Below, in pieces: positions 63,083 to 64,000 of a DNA stretch of 64,000 bases. Each line of letters starts with the position of its first letter. Within the stretch, counting starts at the first letter, position 1. The notes under the pieces were generated by a model, which saw nothing but the letters and a program-made list of their open reading frames with translations, had not been told where the DNA came from and ran no database searches. Location of the stretch: positions 22,196,001 to 22,260,000 of the forward strand of contig CM060734.1 of assembly GCA_030704615.1 (NCBI GenBank). Direction: 5' to 3'. A program made the translations under genes and the position numbers. The DNA is from Takakia lepidozioides (taxonomy: Eukaryota > Plantae > Bryophyta).

Positions 63083-64000
63083 CGATTGATCTCATATAAC
63101 ACTAGGACCTATCAGAGGGTACATTGAACACACTGGCCAAGTCTCAAAGCGAACGAAAATCATTTGGATGGGCAACCATCCGTCGGCCCATTGAACGAAT
63201 TTTGATTGATCTCATATTACTCTGGGGCCTCTTCCATGGCACGTTGAACATACTAGCCAAGTCTCAAAGCAAACCAAAATCATCTCGATAGCCAACCATC
63301 CGTTGAGCCATCGAATGAATTTCGATTGATCTGATATTAGTCCGAGACTTGTGAGAGGGTGTCTCGAACGTATTGGCAAAGTTTGGAAGCAAACAAAAAT
63401 GATTTGGATGGGCAACCATCCGTTCACCCGTTGAATGTATTCCGCTCGATCTGCTATTGCTTTGGGACCTGTTGGATTGTGTTTCGCGTGCTCGCGATTT
63501 TGTTTTTTCATTCGGTTTTTGAATGGGGCGTGTAATGTAGCCATATGCAACGTGCGTGCCAAATTTGGGAGCGAACATAATTCATTTGGACCCAAAACCA
63601 CAGTTTCTTCCCTGTTTTGCACTCCAAACTTGATTTGTGTTCAACTTTCATGCACTCTTTATAGAGAGTTTCTGCAATAGTGAGCGAAAAAGAACACCTT
63701 TTTTTGGGGGCATTTTTGATTGGCCCAAATTTTGGCGGGGGAGTAGTGGTGGGATGCTGGAAGCCGCAGAACAAAATGGAGCCAAAAACAAAATCGATAC
63801 GTGCCAGAAACCCCCAATGAAAGGCAGCGCAAACCTATTTATTGGCTTAAAATTAATTTAAATTTAATTACATTATGGAATGGCTCGGTGTCGATGGGGA
63901 GGCAAATGATTTATTCGTCTGTTGTGTCGCACGCATGTTCAAGCACATGCGGGCAAAAGAGGGGCTTCAACCACATCCGTTCAATGGGTGCAATAGCCGT
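63083..64000 (-). repeat. Inverted copy of 54244-55179 (candidate long TIR, runs off the window)
   Basis: The window end ...CCACATCCGTTCAATGGGTGCAATAGCCGT is the near-exact reverse complement of ACGGCTATTACACCCATTGAACGGATGTGG at 54244; colinear over ~920 bp. Confidence 0.9.

Overview
Eukaryotic nuclear DNA from a land plant, probably a non-seed lineage (moss-like repeats, many PLS-class PPR relics); the species cannot be fixed from sequence alone. The first ~20 kb holds three spliced host genes: the 3' part of an Apollo/SNM1-type DNA-repair nuclease (gag relic in an intron), a 16-exon TMCO4/DUF726 gene and a 2-exon mitochondrial acyl carrier protein. An apparently intact 4.1-kb hAT transposon (8-bp TSD, doubled right end) lies between the first two. 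The remaining ~44 kb is mostly nested transposons and pseudogenes: PPR pseudogenes, a hAT MITE, a TTAA-flanked piggyBac-like MITE, and a 10.2-kb Mutator-like element (~270-bp TIRs, 9-bp TSD). That element carries a SWIM/MULE transposase interrupted by a captured CDC20 fragment and a convergent C2H2+Ulp1-protease gene. The most unusual part is 50-64 kb: two paralogous intronless non-RD kinase genes with a shared novel N-terminal domain, a divergently oriented RING-H2 gene, a palindrome array, two long foldbacks and ~0.9-kb inverted repeats. I read this as a candidate undescribed kinase/E3-ligase-carrying mobile element family. All family assignments come from motif recognition, not database searches.
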